From: an uncultured Ignavibacteria bacterium
GTDB lineage: Bacteria > Zixibacteria > MSB-5A5 > WJJR01
Length of the DNA: 64,000 bases
NCBI GenBank assembly: GCA_964371625.1
Contig: CAYJMP010000001.1
Location: 1,492,601-1,556,600 of the forward strand
Direction of reading: 5' to 3'
Every line of letters starts with the position of its first letter. The stretch's first letter is position 1. The translations under genes and the position numbers were made by a program. The notes under the pieces are model-generated. The model had not been told where the DNA came from. It worked only from the letters and a program-made list of their open reading frames with translations, and ran no database searches. Below are positions 9,471 to 18,134 of this stretch, piece by piece.

Positions 9471-10771
9471 TATTGCCCACCCCCCTCGGTCGATCCCTGC
9501 CCACCCAAGCGGTTGAAGAACCACCAGGAGAATCGCGCGATCACGCGGAAATCCGATTCGTCTCCGGCGAACGACGCCATGGTCTTCAGGTCTTGAGTCA
9601 GATATTGCAGCTCCAGATCCCACGATGCTTGCGGCATCCACTGCCACCGCACCCCGGCCCACGCCGAGGCTTCGGTATTGGATTCTTCCTGATCCTCGAA
9701 GAGTTCGTAAGTCGAATAGTGCGAGCCGCCGCGCAATGTCCAGCGTGGGTTGAGCGGATACATGGCTTCCCCGGACAACGACACGGTCGATCCGGAGGCT
9801 CCCGCCTTGGTGTGGAGCATGAGTGAGAAATACTTGTGTGAGGCCCCGAGATCAAAACGTTGGGCACTTTCATCAGCGATGTCCACCAAGGCCCCGCCGA
9901 CTGTCAATGTCCAGGTCTCGTTCACGCGGTAGTGCAGTCGCAATCGTCCTTCGCGGAACTCGGTATCACCAAACACCCAAAAGATCGAATTGTAAGCGAG
10001 GCCGGGACGACGATAGCGAAATTGCCCTTGCACGCTGAGCTTCGAAGTCGCATCCCAGCGCGCCGAAATATGCGCCCGCTGGATCCGTGAGCGCGGTTGA
10101 TCATAGAGGAGATTTCCATAGAGAGAACCGAACGCCGGGAACGACCTGCGCCAATCGAGTCCGAAATTACGGGACGCGAGATCATCCACCTCCGTCGACC
10201 CATAACTGCGCTGAATTCGGCGCTCGGCAAAGGTCAGAAACATGGTTCCCATCATCGGGCATCGTCTGCCGACTCGTAGACCGAACGCATGCCCCTCATC
10301 GAAATCTCTCGGCTTGAATCGTCCGTCTTCCGGAGCGAGTGATCCGATGTATCCGCCAAGCTCAAATTCTTTCCAGAAGCGCAAATCGGCAGAGCCGCCG
10401 TCAATAGCTAACGAGCCATTCGGCCAACTCATCCGGTGGCGTCCAACAGTCAGATCGAGGACGTTCGCCAGCTTCTTCCAGCGCGCATAGAGGTCGTAGA
10501 CACGGTAATCGTCGACATTGTCTCCCTGACTGCGCGAGTCCAAACGGCCGCGCATGGTCGTCGCGATTTCCAAGTCCTGGCCGCCGATCCGGCCGAGACG
10601 CAAGCCCAATGTCCCGGAGTTCTGCCAATGCCGTGTGTCGGTGCTGTCGAGCTCACTGCGCTCCCACAAATAGCTGGAAACACCGACTCGACCCGTGAGC
10701 ACAGCCGCGTTGGCTGATATCGAAATCCCGAGGAGAATGACCAGAGCAAGACTAACAGGTATACGGTTCAT
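9470..10771 (-). CDS. Predicted outer-membrane beta-barrel protein, candidate porin of a porin-cytochrome conduit
   Basis: Signal peptide MNRIPVSLALVILLGISISANA, then ~410 aa rich in alternating aromatic/Gly beta-strand-like segments (YRVYDLYARW, FGLRVG, LYGNLLYD, WTLTVGGALV, RVIARFSWWFF). It is first in the operon, immediately upstream of and coupled to the 13-heme cytochrome. No homology search was possible; the call rests on position and composition. Confidence 0.45.
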   Translation of the reverse strand: MNRIPVSLALVILLGISISANAAVLTGRVGVSSYLWERSELDSTDTRHWQNSGTLGLRLGRIGGQDLEIATTMRGRLDSRSQGDNVDDYRVYDLYARWKKLANVLDLTVGRHRMSWPNGSLAIDGGSADLRFWKEFELGGYIGSLAPEDGRFKPRDFDEGHAFGLRVGRRCPMMGTMFLTFAERRIQRSYGSTEVDDLASRNFGLDWRRSFPAFGSLYGNLLYDQPRSRIQRAHISARWDATSKLSVQGQFRYRRPGLAYNSIFWVFGDTEFREGRLRLHYRVNETWTLTVGGALVDIADESAQRFDLGASHKYFSLMLHTKAGASGSTVSLSGEAMYPLNPRWTLRGGSHYSTYELFEDQEESNTEASAWAGVRWQWMPQASWDLELQYLTQDLKTMASFAGDESDFRVIARFSWWFFNRLGGQGSTEGGGQ

Positions 10772-11202
10772 CGGGCTCCCCCACGATTTGACGACCCTTC
10801 CATCCACCGATAGTATCGGCGGGTCATTTCGATCCGAGAACCATGACCGCGATCACGGTACATTTGTTGACATCCGCTGGCAAGGAAGAACGCCACAAAC
10901 GTCAACTGTTTTTGACAACATAAGCCGAAAGATTGCCGTGCGCTGGGCCCCTACGAGGCGAGTGGCCACTCACTTGCGCGTGCCCCTAAATACGACAGAC
11001 TAAGTAGTATTTGCAACATCGGACTCACGACGCCCCGCATCGGCATCTCGAGAAAGCCGGCTGACCAATGCTCAGCGGCACGAGGACAATCCGCACATCT
11101 TAGTCCATGTGACTCAACAAATTCGCCGCCGCGCCGATACTGAATAATGGACCTCAGGCGCCCCGGGCGCAGTCCCCGTTACGCCTGAATCGAGCGAGCG
11201 TC

Positions 11203-12747
11203 ATGACACTTACTGACACCGGACACATCGTCTTGAAAGCCGTCGAAGTCTTCGGCGGTCTGCCCGATGACATCCTCGACGTGATTCGTTCCTACATGGA
11301 AGAGCGCACGACTCCGGCGGGAATGGTGCTGTTCGAAGAAGGCCAGAAGGCCGAGGATGTCTTCTTCCTCCGCAAGGGCACGGTCCAAATCATCAAGACG
11401 CAGGATGGGAGGGCCGAGGTCTTGGCGCGTCGCGGACGGGGTGAGGTCATTGGCGAGATGGCGCTCTTAGACGCCTCACCACGGTTTGCCACCGCCATCT
11501 GTGAAACCGAGTGCGACCTGTTCGTCCTCTCACGCAGTCGTTTCTATGATCTCCTCCCCCAGCATCCGAGCATAGCGGAACGCATCATGCGAGTCATGAG
11601 TCAGCGTGTGCGCGAAGCCGATGTCAAACGCCTTGAGGGACTGGAAGCCAAGACACGTGAGTTGGAAGCGGCACGGTCGCGGCTGGAAGCTTCTTTGACA
11701 TACCGCGATCGCGTTCTCGCGAACGCGCCATATCCGATTATCGTCACCGACGTCGTCAATCGGGTCCAACTTGCCAACAACGCTGCGCAGCGTACATTCG
11801 GCAATCCGAAGAAGCGCATCCTGTGGGAATGGATCATTCCGAAAAACCCCGATCTCAAAGCCGAATTGGAATCACGGCTCCAACGCTCCTCCAGCTGGAA
11901 GACCGAGCTGGAATTGACGGGCCCCGAAGACGCGCAACTGTTCTGCAAACTCGTGGTGGTACCCATTGCCGACACCGGGGATGGCCGGTCGGCGCGTTTA
12001 TGGATCTTCGAGGACCTGACGGAGATTCGCGCGCTGCAATCCCGGGCGCTGGACCGCGAGCGGCTGGCGCTCAAAGGCGAAATGGCCGGTGAAATCGCCC
12101 ACGAACTCAACAACTACCTCGCGGTGCTGTTGGGAAATGTTGAACTCCTCCCCATGTTCCTGGGGAATTCACTGCCGCCGGCCGCGCAAAAGTCGCTGAG
12201 CAGCATTCAACACGCCCTCGGGCAAGTCACGCTATTCACCGACAGCCTGTTGCGCTCGCGCCATCCCGCAGGACAACTCACAGAAATCAACTTGAATGAG
12301 TTCCTTGAAAATCAGATCGCCTTTCTGCGTCCGCAAAAGCGGCTAAAGAAAGCTGTGATCGAAACGCGTTGGGGCGAGAATATCCCGGCGTTCGAATGCG
12401 ATGCTTCGGGACTTCAACAAGTCTTCTACAATCTCCTCCTGAATGCTGCGGACTCTCTGGCCGCTGCGGGCCCGGACTGCCATTCCATTTTCGTCACCAC
12501 GAACTTCGACAACGCCACCCATCACGTTGAGTTGATCGTCGAAGACAATGGGCCCGGCATCCCGCCGGAAGTGCAATCGCGGATGTTCAGAGAGCGTATC
12601 TCAACCAAACCGACCGGGCATGGCTTCGGCTTAATGACCATTGCACGGATCATCCAGGAACACGGTGGCACGATTACGCCCGGTTCGCGTGAAGGCGGCG
12701 GCGCCCGATTCATTATTCGTCTTCCGCTTAAACCAGCCCACTCTTAA
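11203..12747 (+). CDS. Sensor histidine kinase with N-terminal cyclic-nucleotide-binding (CAP/Crp-type cNMP) domain
   Basis: The N-terminus (LFEEGQKAEDVFFLRKGTVQII...GRGEVIGEMALLDASPRFATAICETECDLFVL) matches the cNMP-binding beta-roll signature (GE..ALL....R.A.A). A coiled-coil follows. The HisKA box is EMAGEIAHELNNYLAVLLGNVELL. The HATPase_c region is IVEDNGPGIP...GHGFGLMTIARIIQEHGGTI. Confidence 0.8.
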   Translation: MTLTDTGHIVLKAVEVFGGLPDDILDVIRSYMEERTTPAGMVLFEEGQKAEDVFFLRKGTVQIIKTQDGRAEVLARRGRGEVIGEMALLDASPRFATAICETECDLFVLSRSRFYDLLPQHPSIAERIMRVMSQRVREADVKRLEGLEAKTRELEAARSRLEASLTYRDRVLANAPYPIIVTDVVNRVQLANNAAQRTFGNPKKRILWEWIIPKNPDLKAELESRLQRSSSWKTELELTGPEDAQLFCKLVVVPIADTGDGRSARLWIFEDLTEIRALQSRALDRERLALKGEMAGEIAHELNNYLAVLLGNVELLPMFLGNSLPPAAQKSLSSIQHALGQVTLFTDSLLRSRHPAGQLTEINLNEFLENQIAFLRPQKRLKKAVIETRWGENIPAFECDASGLQQVFYNLLLNAADSLAAAGPDCHSIFVTTNFDNATHHVELIVEDNGPGIPPEVQSRMFRERISTKPTGHGFGLMTIARIIQEHGGTITPGSREGGGARFIIRLPLKPAHS

Positions 12748-12762
12748 GAGGATGATGGCCAC

Positions 12763-13107
12763 ATGGACCTGATGTGGTTCCTCTTTCTCGCGCATCTGAC
12801 CGGGGACTATGCGCTCCAGTCTGACCGCATGGCGGCAGAAAAGGGTCGCAGACTGTCGCAACTGACTCGGCATGTGGTGATCTATACACTCTGTATTGGC
12901 GCCACGTTGTGGCTCTACGCTGCGGCAACTTCACAGTTCAAATTCTATTCCTGGCACGCGGCCGGAATGCTGGCCCCACTTCTGGCGTTGCACTGGATTC
13001 AGGATTACATCAAGGGCCACTACCTCGCCCACAGCAAGCAAGCGTACTACGCCGACCAAGTCTTGCACTTGGCCCAACTGTACATCATCCGGCTGCTTCT
13101 GATATGA
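12763..13107 (+). CDS. Small hydrophobic membrane protein (DUF3307-like), translationally coupled to the downstream cyclase
   Basis: 114 aa with 3-4 predicted TM segments (MDLMWFLFLAHLTGDYALQ..., VVIYTLCIGATLWLYAAA, LAPLLALHWIQDYI). Its stop TGA at 13105..13107 overlaps the ATG at 13104 of the next gene. Confidence 0.4.
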   Translation: MDLMWFLFLAHLTGDYALQSDRMAAEKGRRLSQLTRHVVIYTLCIGATLWLYAAATSQFKFYSWHAAGMLAPLLALHWIQDYIKGHYLAHSKQAYYADQVLHLAQLYIIRLLLI

Positions 13108-16100
13108 CCGAATCGGGGAGACCAGACGAAGCGGTCGTGGCGCTGGTCTCGCGCCGACTCTGGACTACTCAACAGAGCCGCGAGTCCCGCATCTGCAACG
13201 GCTCAGTCCTTTTCGCCGACATTGCGGGGTTCACCCACCTGACCGAGACCGCGAAGCTGCGCGCCGGTACTCGCGGCATCGAGGAACTGACCGCCCGCAT
13301 CAATGCCGTCTTTGATGACTTGGTCGTGGCGGCGCACTCAACCGGCGGCGACATCCTGAAATTCGGAGGGGACGCGATCCTCGTCGCCTTCGATGCCAAT
13401 GGCGATGATCAAGATGCCGTCGCCCGCGCGATTCGCTGCGCCGGACGGATGCAAACAGCAATCGCGCGCCATCGTCGCGCCACGCTGCGATCACTTTCGC
13501 TGCATCTCGGCATTGCTCAAGGGCCGTGGTGGGAATATGTGGCGGGAATCACGGGCGCAAGGCGTGAGCACTTTGTCTGGGGAGAAACCATCGCACGGGC
13601 CATGGATGCCGCGGACTCTGTCAGTCGTAACGTGCGCATTGACTGCCCTGCCCGCCTTCTGCCACGCGATGGCGTGAGTCGATTCGATCGAGTCGGCGCT
13701 CACCAATTCGACCTCAAATCGTCCGCCCCGGGAATCGCCTCCATCTCCCGGCACGTCTTTGAAACTCCGAATGATACCCAAGCGATCTGGGATTTCGTAC
13801 CCGAGGTCCTCCGCGATCCCGACCGAATTGCGGCGTTCGACGCCGCCCATTCCGCCGAGCATCGGCGTGTCTCAACGGTCTTCGCGTTTTGGAAGTGTCC
13901 GCAGGGCATGAAAAATCCTGTTCAGAGCGCGGAGCTATTCAATTCCGTTTTCCAATGCGCCCATGCCGCATCTTCTTCCGAGAACGGCGTGTGGGCTCGC
14001 AGTGATCCCTCCGGTGACAAGCAGAAGATTCTGGTTCTCTTTGGAGCAACGCAAAGCTCGACGGACGATGTGAATCGCGCGGTGTCGTTTGCCAATACCC
14101 TGCGGGATGACTTTGCCAAACTGCGAAAGAAGTTTCCGTCTCTCAAGCTGGGAATCGGTGTCGCCACGGCGACTGTGTTTACCGGATTTGTCGGCAACAA
14201 GGAGCGTCGCGAGTTTACCGCGATGGGGGACGGTGTCAACCTTGCGGCCCGCCTAGCCGCAAAAGCGAAAAACGGCAGCATTCTCGTGGACGCAACGACG
14301 CGAGACGAGTCGACGCGTTATCAATTCCGGCCCGCGGGAGTGTTGGCGCTCAAGAATGTCCGCAAGCCAACGGCCGTGTTTCGGCCTGCCGGAGTGATCT
14401 CGGTCGATGCCAGGAAGACGGCAGACCATATTGTCGAGCACCCGACGGCCCTGCGTCGTTGTCTGATGCTTTGGGAGGATGGGGCACACAGTGTCCATAT
14501 TGCCGTCGAGCCCGGCACCGATGCGCGCAAATTCCTCGCTCAGCTGACTTCACGCTTGCGCGATTTTGGCAGCAACCACCTCGCAGTGACATTTGACCCG
14601 GGTGATGCCTCGCGTCCACTGGCAGGCCTTCGGCGGTTGTGCGCGATCTTGTTGCCGAGCGCGAACGATCCCCTGGCTGAATTGCTGGAGGATTCGGAAA
14701 GACACGTGCCTCGCATGCTTGCCCGTCTTGGGTTGGAAGCGGCAGCCAATGAGATCGCGCGACTAGTACTGCGACAGGTGGCACCGGCGAGCCCTATCGT
14801 TTTGGATCACGTCGAATTCCTCGAAGGATTGGATCGCAAAGCCATCGAAACGCTCATCGAGAAGGCGCCAAACCGATGGCTGGTCATCGAGTTTCAGGAC
14901 GAGCCGCACACGTCTTCGCCAAGTGGTGCAGAGGTTGTTACGCTTGGCGCATTGACGCGCGACGAATTGACACGGGTCATCGGCGACATTTTGGAACCGG
15001 CCCGTCCATCACGATCCTTGATTGACTTCTTGTACGAACGCTCTCATGGGACCGTCCGCCTGGCGCGGTCTTTTCTCTCGCATCTCATTTCCGCGGGCGC
15101 CGTCACCCGTTCGGGGGGGCACCGCGCCGTCTGGCAGTTGCGCGATCCAGACAGTGTGAACATCCCCGATGGTCTGCGCGCGCATTTCCTCCAGCATGTG
15201 GACCGGCTTCCCCATCCTGAACGAATGGTCCTCCGGGCCGTGACCCTCCTCAATGATTCGGCACCGTTTCAGGCAATTGCCCGCCTGTGCAATGATCTCG
15301 ACGAGGCGAAGATTGCAGCCTGCCTGGAAAAGTTGAAAGAGCATGGTCTGATTGAACTGCACAGTGGCGACCGGGAATTGCGTGCATCTGTCTGTGATCT
15401 GACCTGTCGTCAGGCTGTATACGAGACAATGTCATACCGCCTGCGCGAAGCATGGCACCAAGAGGCGGCGTCCTTCTGGCGCGCCGTGACGCGACCCGAC
15501 CCTGCTCGCATTGGGGAGCATCTATTTCGCGCGCGCCGGGTTGAATCGGCCAAGTGGCTGTCTCAGGCGGCGACACGGGCTCAGCGATTGTGGTCGCTGG
15601 ACCGCGCACGCCAATTCAGCCGATGGGCAATTCTCGCCGCACAAGGCAATTGTAAGGTCGATTATGCATCAGTTATTCCCCCTCTCTCCAAGCACCCGGC
15701 GCATACGGAAGTGACACTTTTTGATTCTCTCGCCGAGATCTTTCGATTGCAGGGGCTTCATGTTGAAGCAGGGCGCATCCACCGCTGGCTGGCGCGGATC
15801 GCCAAGGGCTCAAAGAACCTCCGGCTGTCCTGTCATCATCGCCTGGTCGCGGCGCGCATGGATTGGTACAGCGGTCATTACGAGAAATCCGGTCGACAGG
15901 CTCTATCTGTTTTGCGGCAATCACGGCGCCTGAAAGATCAGACTTTGACGGCAGAGTCGGCCTATCTCTTCGGTGAGACGTGCCGACGCACCGGTCGAGT
16001 CAATGCGTCCCTGCGAGCCCTCACCGAAGCCGAGGCGCTCCTTCGGGATTCGGACAAACGAGATGTTTATGCTGATGTGCTCAATGCCCTTGGGCTTCTG

Positions 16101-17093
16101 CATTGGAACTGCGGCCGGCTCGAAGATGCGCACGCGTGTTTCGAGAGATCACTGCGGGCTCTTGCCCGCAGTGGTGACCCGGCCCGCCGCGGCCAGGTCG
16201 CGAATAATCTCGGGATTCTCCATGAAGAGCAAGGCCATCTCCGTCGGGCCGAACACTACTACGCCAAATCGTTTACGGTCTTCGACCGCACCGGCGTACG
16301 ACGCCACCGCGCCTACAGCCTGGGCAACCTGGCCAATTTGCATCGTCACGGCGCGCGGTATGAACGTGCCCGTGCCGCCTACGAAGAGGTTGATACCGAA
16401 CTGCGCGCGATGGGTGAGGCGCATGCCGCGGCGTACACGGTCGGAAATCTCGGAGATCTCGCGCGTGACTTTGGCGACTGGGATGTCGCGCACGAACGCT
16501 ACGATTCCACACTCAAATTCGCCATCAAAGCCGGCGATGAGGAGTTGAAAGCCGAATGCTTCGGCCGCCTGGCGCACCTGCACCTGTTGGCCGGGCGCTA
16601 TAACTGCATGCCGAGACTCCTGCGTAAGTCAAAGGAAGCCGCCAAGTGCGCCGATTCACGCGAATTCGCTCTCTATGAGCAAATGCTGCGGGCCGAACTC
16701 GAGATGGTTCAGTCCAACAAATCAGTCGCCGAGAATCGATTCGTCGAGGCGCACAGGGCCGCAACCGAAGTCGGACTCGTCTATTATCAATTGTGGGCGC
16801 AGCATGGACTCGCGCGACTGGCCCACAAACCGGGCCGGATCATCATGTCTGGGATGACGAAAGCACGAAGGAGCGGCTACCGCTGGTGGGAACTGCGCTT
16901 TGCCGAATTGGGCGCGCGGGATGACATGCCGAAGCACGTTCGGGAGCGTTGCCTCACTCAATGCACCACATTGGCGCGCGAAATCGAAGCTGGCATTGGC
17001 GACCCGAGGACGAGGAGCCGTTTCCTTGAATTGCTGCTGAGTCGCAAATTGAGTCTTGTCGCGTCTAATTCCCCGGTCTTGCCTCAGGAGTAA
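13104..17093 (+). CDS. Tandem class III adenylate/guanylate cyclase domains followed by a long TPR-repeat region (signal-transduction protein)
   Basis: First CHD: VLFADIAGFTHLTE...KFGGDAILVAF...GIAQGPWWEYVAGITGARREHFVWGETIARAMD. Second CHD: KILVLFGATQSS...GIGVATATVFTGFVGNKERREFTAMGDGVNLAARLAAKA. Multiple TPR-like repeats lie in the C-terminal half (NALGLLHWNCGRLEDAHACFERSL...ANNLGILHEEQGHLRRAEHYYAKS...YSLGNLANLHRHGARYERA). I did not see a clean Walker A. The start is at MTESGRPDE (13104); the ORF-track extension from 12909 is rejected because it overlaps the previous gene. Confidence 0.75.
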   Translation: MTESGRPDEAVVALVSRRLWTTQQSRESRICNGSVLFADIAGFTHLTETAKLRAGTRGIEELTARINAVFDDLVVAAHSTGGDILKFGGDAILVAFDANGDDQDAVARAIRCAGRMQTAIARHRRATLRSLSLHLGIAQGPWWEYVAGITGARREHFVWGETIARAMDAADSVSRNVRIDCPARLLPRDGVSRFDRVGAHQFDLKSSAPGIASISRHVFETPNDTQAIWDFVPEVLRDPDRIAAFDAAHSAEHRRVSTVFAFWKCPQGMKNPVQSAELFNSVFQCAHAASSSENGVWARSDPSGDKQKILVLFGATQSSTDDVNRAVSFANTLRDDFAKLRKKFPSLKLGIGVATATVFTGFVGNKERREFTAMGDGVNLAARLAAKAKNGSILVDATTRDESTRYQFRPAGVLALKNVRKPTAVFRPAGVISVDARKTADHIVEHPTALRRCLMLWEDGAHSVHIAVEPGTDARKFLAQLTSRLRDFGSNHLAVTFDPGDASRPLAGLRRLCAILLPSANDPLAELLEDSERHVPRMLARLGLEAAANEIARLVLRQVAPASPIVLDHVEFLEGLDRKAIETLIEKAPNRWLVIEFQDEPHTSSPSGAEVVTLGALTRDELTRVIGDILEPARPSRSLIDFLYERSHGTVRLARSFLSHLISAGAVTRSGGHRAVWQLRDPDSVNIPDGLRAHFLQHVDRLPHPERMVLRAVTLLNDSAPFQAIARLCNDLDEAKIAACLEKLKEHGLIELHSGDRELRASVCDLTCRQAVYETMSYRLREAWHQEAASFWRAVTRPDPARIGEHLFRARRVESAKWLSQAATRAQRLWSLDRARQFSRWAILAAQGNCKVDYASVIPPLSKHPAHTEVTLFDSLAEIFRLQGLHVEAGRIHRWLARIAKGSKNLRLSCHHRLVAARMDWYSGHYEKSGRQALSVLRQSRRLKDQTLTAESAYLFGETCRRTGRVNASLRALTEAEALLRDSDKRDVYADVLNALGLLHWNCGRLEDAHACFERSLRALARSGDPARRGQVANNLGILHEEQGHLRRAEHYYAKSFTVFDRTGVRRHRAYSLGNLANLHRHGARYERARAAYEEVDTELRAMGEAHAAAYTVGNLGDLARDFGDWDVAHERYDSTLKFAIKAGDEELKAECFGRLAHLHLLAGRYNCMPRLLRKSKEAAKCADSREFALYEQMLRAELEMVQSNKSVAENRFVEAHRAATEVGLVYYQLWAQHGLARLAHKPGRIIMSGMTKARRSGYRWWELRFAELGARDDMPKHVRERCLTQCTTLAREIEAGIGDPRTRSRFLELLLSRKLSLVASNSPVLPQE

Positions 17094-17544
17094 AGCAGTG
17101 CCAGAGTATGACGCTGGCCATCACAAGAAACCCGCACACCATGAGAACGGAGCTTGGATAAATGACCCAAGCCGCCCACCGCTCCCCGATCGCGATCAGC
17201 CAAAGTGAGCCGAAGGTCGACAGCAGGGAAAGTAAAGTCTCTGTGGCCCAAAGGCTCTTCCATCTTGCCAACACGTCAGTGAACGCAAAGAGCACCGCCA
17301 CTGCAAAGAACAGCATGCCCATCCCCAGAAGATGGGTGTGCACAATCTCGAGCATCTCCCCCGTCGACTTTCCGAACTTCAGTTCTTCTTCATTGCCTTG
17401 GTAGTGATCTGAGATTCCTTCGGATCGCATCCCCGTGTTGTGCGCGATGAACGCGAGGCCCGCGGCGTACCCCAAAAGACTCACGAGGATGAACACTGCG
17501 ATCGGCATGCGCAGGTATGACGGCAGCGTTCGGAGTCGCACCAT
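17065..17544 (-). CDS. Small 4-TM membrane protein with conserved intramembrane His (possible heme-b/electron-transfer membrane partner of the flavinylated protein)
   Basis: MVRLRTLPSYLRMPIAVFILVSLLGYAAGLAFIAHNTG...LEIVHTHLLGMGMLFFAVAVLF...SLLSTFGSLWLIAIGERWAAWVIY...VLMVCGFLVMASVILWHCF. The start M (MVRLRT) overlaps the stop of the upstream FMN-binding gene; the alternative start 17559 (MGEPI) is possible. Confidence 0.4.
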   Translation of the reverse strand: MVRLRTLPSYLRMPIAVFILVSLLGYAAGLAFIAHNTGMRSEGISDHYQGNEEELKFGKSTGEMLEIVHTHLLGMGMLFFAVAVLFAFTDVLARWKSLWATETLLSLLSTFGSLWLIAIGERWAAWVIYPSSVLMVCGFLVMASVILWHCFTPEARPGN

Positions 17545-18134
17545 TATTGGTTCTCCCACTTTTCCGCCCGTACTTGCTCGGCCAGGGCCAGCGCCTTGCG
17601 CACACCCGCATTCAAGGCGTTAACCGAGATCGTGGCGCCGGTGATGTTGATGATATCACGATTGATACGGATCGGGTCGGCCAGAGACTTTCCCCGGTAC
17701 TGCTTGAGGAATCTCGTCTGCCGCACGTCTCCCCCACGGCTCTCACGGTACACCAGCACGCGCACATCGACGATGTGCAATGCCGTATCCACTCCCGCCA
17801 TAAACGTGATCGGTCGATATTTTCCCTGCTCATCGGCGACCACGGCCGTGCCGAGCAACTTTCCTGCGGAAAACACATCGATATAAACGAATGCGCTGTC
17901 GCGCAATTCGCAGCCAAGCCGAGCGCGAAGTTTCGCGCACATGACCGAGTCCACCACGATGACCTGAGATAATGCCGAGTCTGCATCGGGAAAAATCTCG
18001 GCTAGGGCCGCGTCTTCTGAAGTGAGCACCTCGACTGCCCCGATTTCATCTTCCGTCGGGATTTCCTGCGCTCCGCTGGACACCAAATGCCCGAACACGA
18101 GGAATACGGATGAGAACAGGCGCAAGGTAGTCAT
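17544..18134 (-). CDS. Secreted FMN-binding domain protein (FMN_bind-type, substrate for covalent flavinylation)
   Basis: Signal peptide MTTLRLFSSVFLVFGHLVSSGAQE. The C-terminal motif DIINITGATISVNALNAGVRKAL matches the FMN_bind S/TGAT flavinylation motif (NosR/RnfG/PplA-like). ATGA overlap with the upstream ApbE gene. Confidence 0.6.
   Translation of the reverse strand: MTTLRLFSSVFLVFGHLVSSGAQEIPTEDEIGAVEVLTSEDAALAEIFPDADSALSQVIVVDSVMCAKLRARLGCELRDSAFVYIDVFSAGKLLGTAVVADEQGKYRPITFMAGVDTALHIVDVRVLVYRESRGGDVRQTRFLKQYRGKSLADPIRINRDIINITGATISVNALNAGVRKALALAEQVRAEKWENQ

Noticed and set aside
12909-13103. N-terminal 65-aa extension of the cyclase ORF offered by the ORF track
   Set aside because: It overlaps the preceding membrane-protein gene in another frame and is low-complexity. 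ATG 13104 gives a classic ATGA stop/start junction and begins just upstream of the first cyclase domain.
17517-17972. 151-aa plus-strand ORF (and other antisense ORFs over 17544..19210)
   Set aside because: It overlaps the FMN-binding and ApbE genes, which have strong family motifs on the minus strand.
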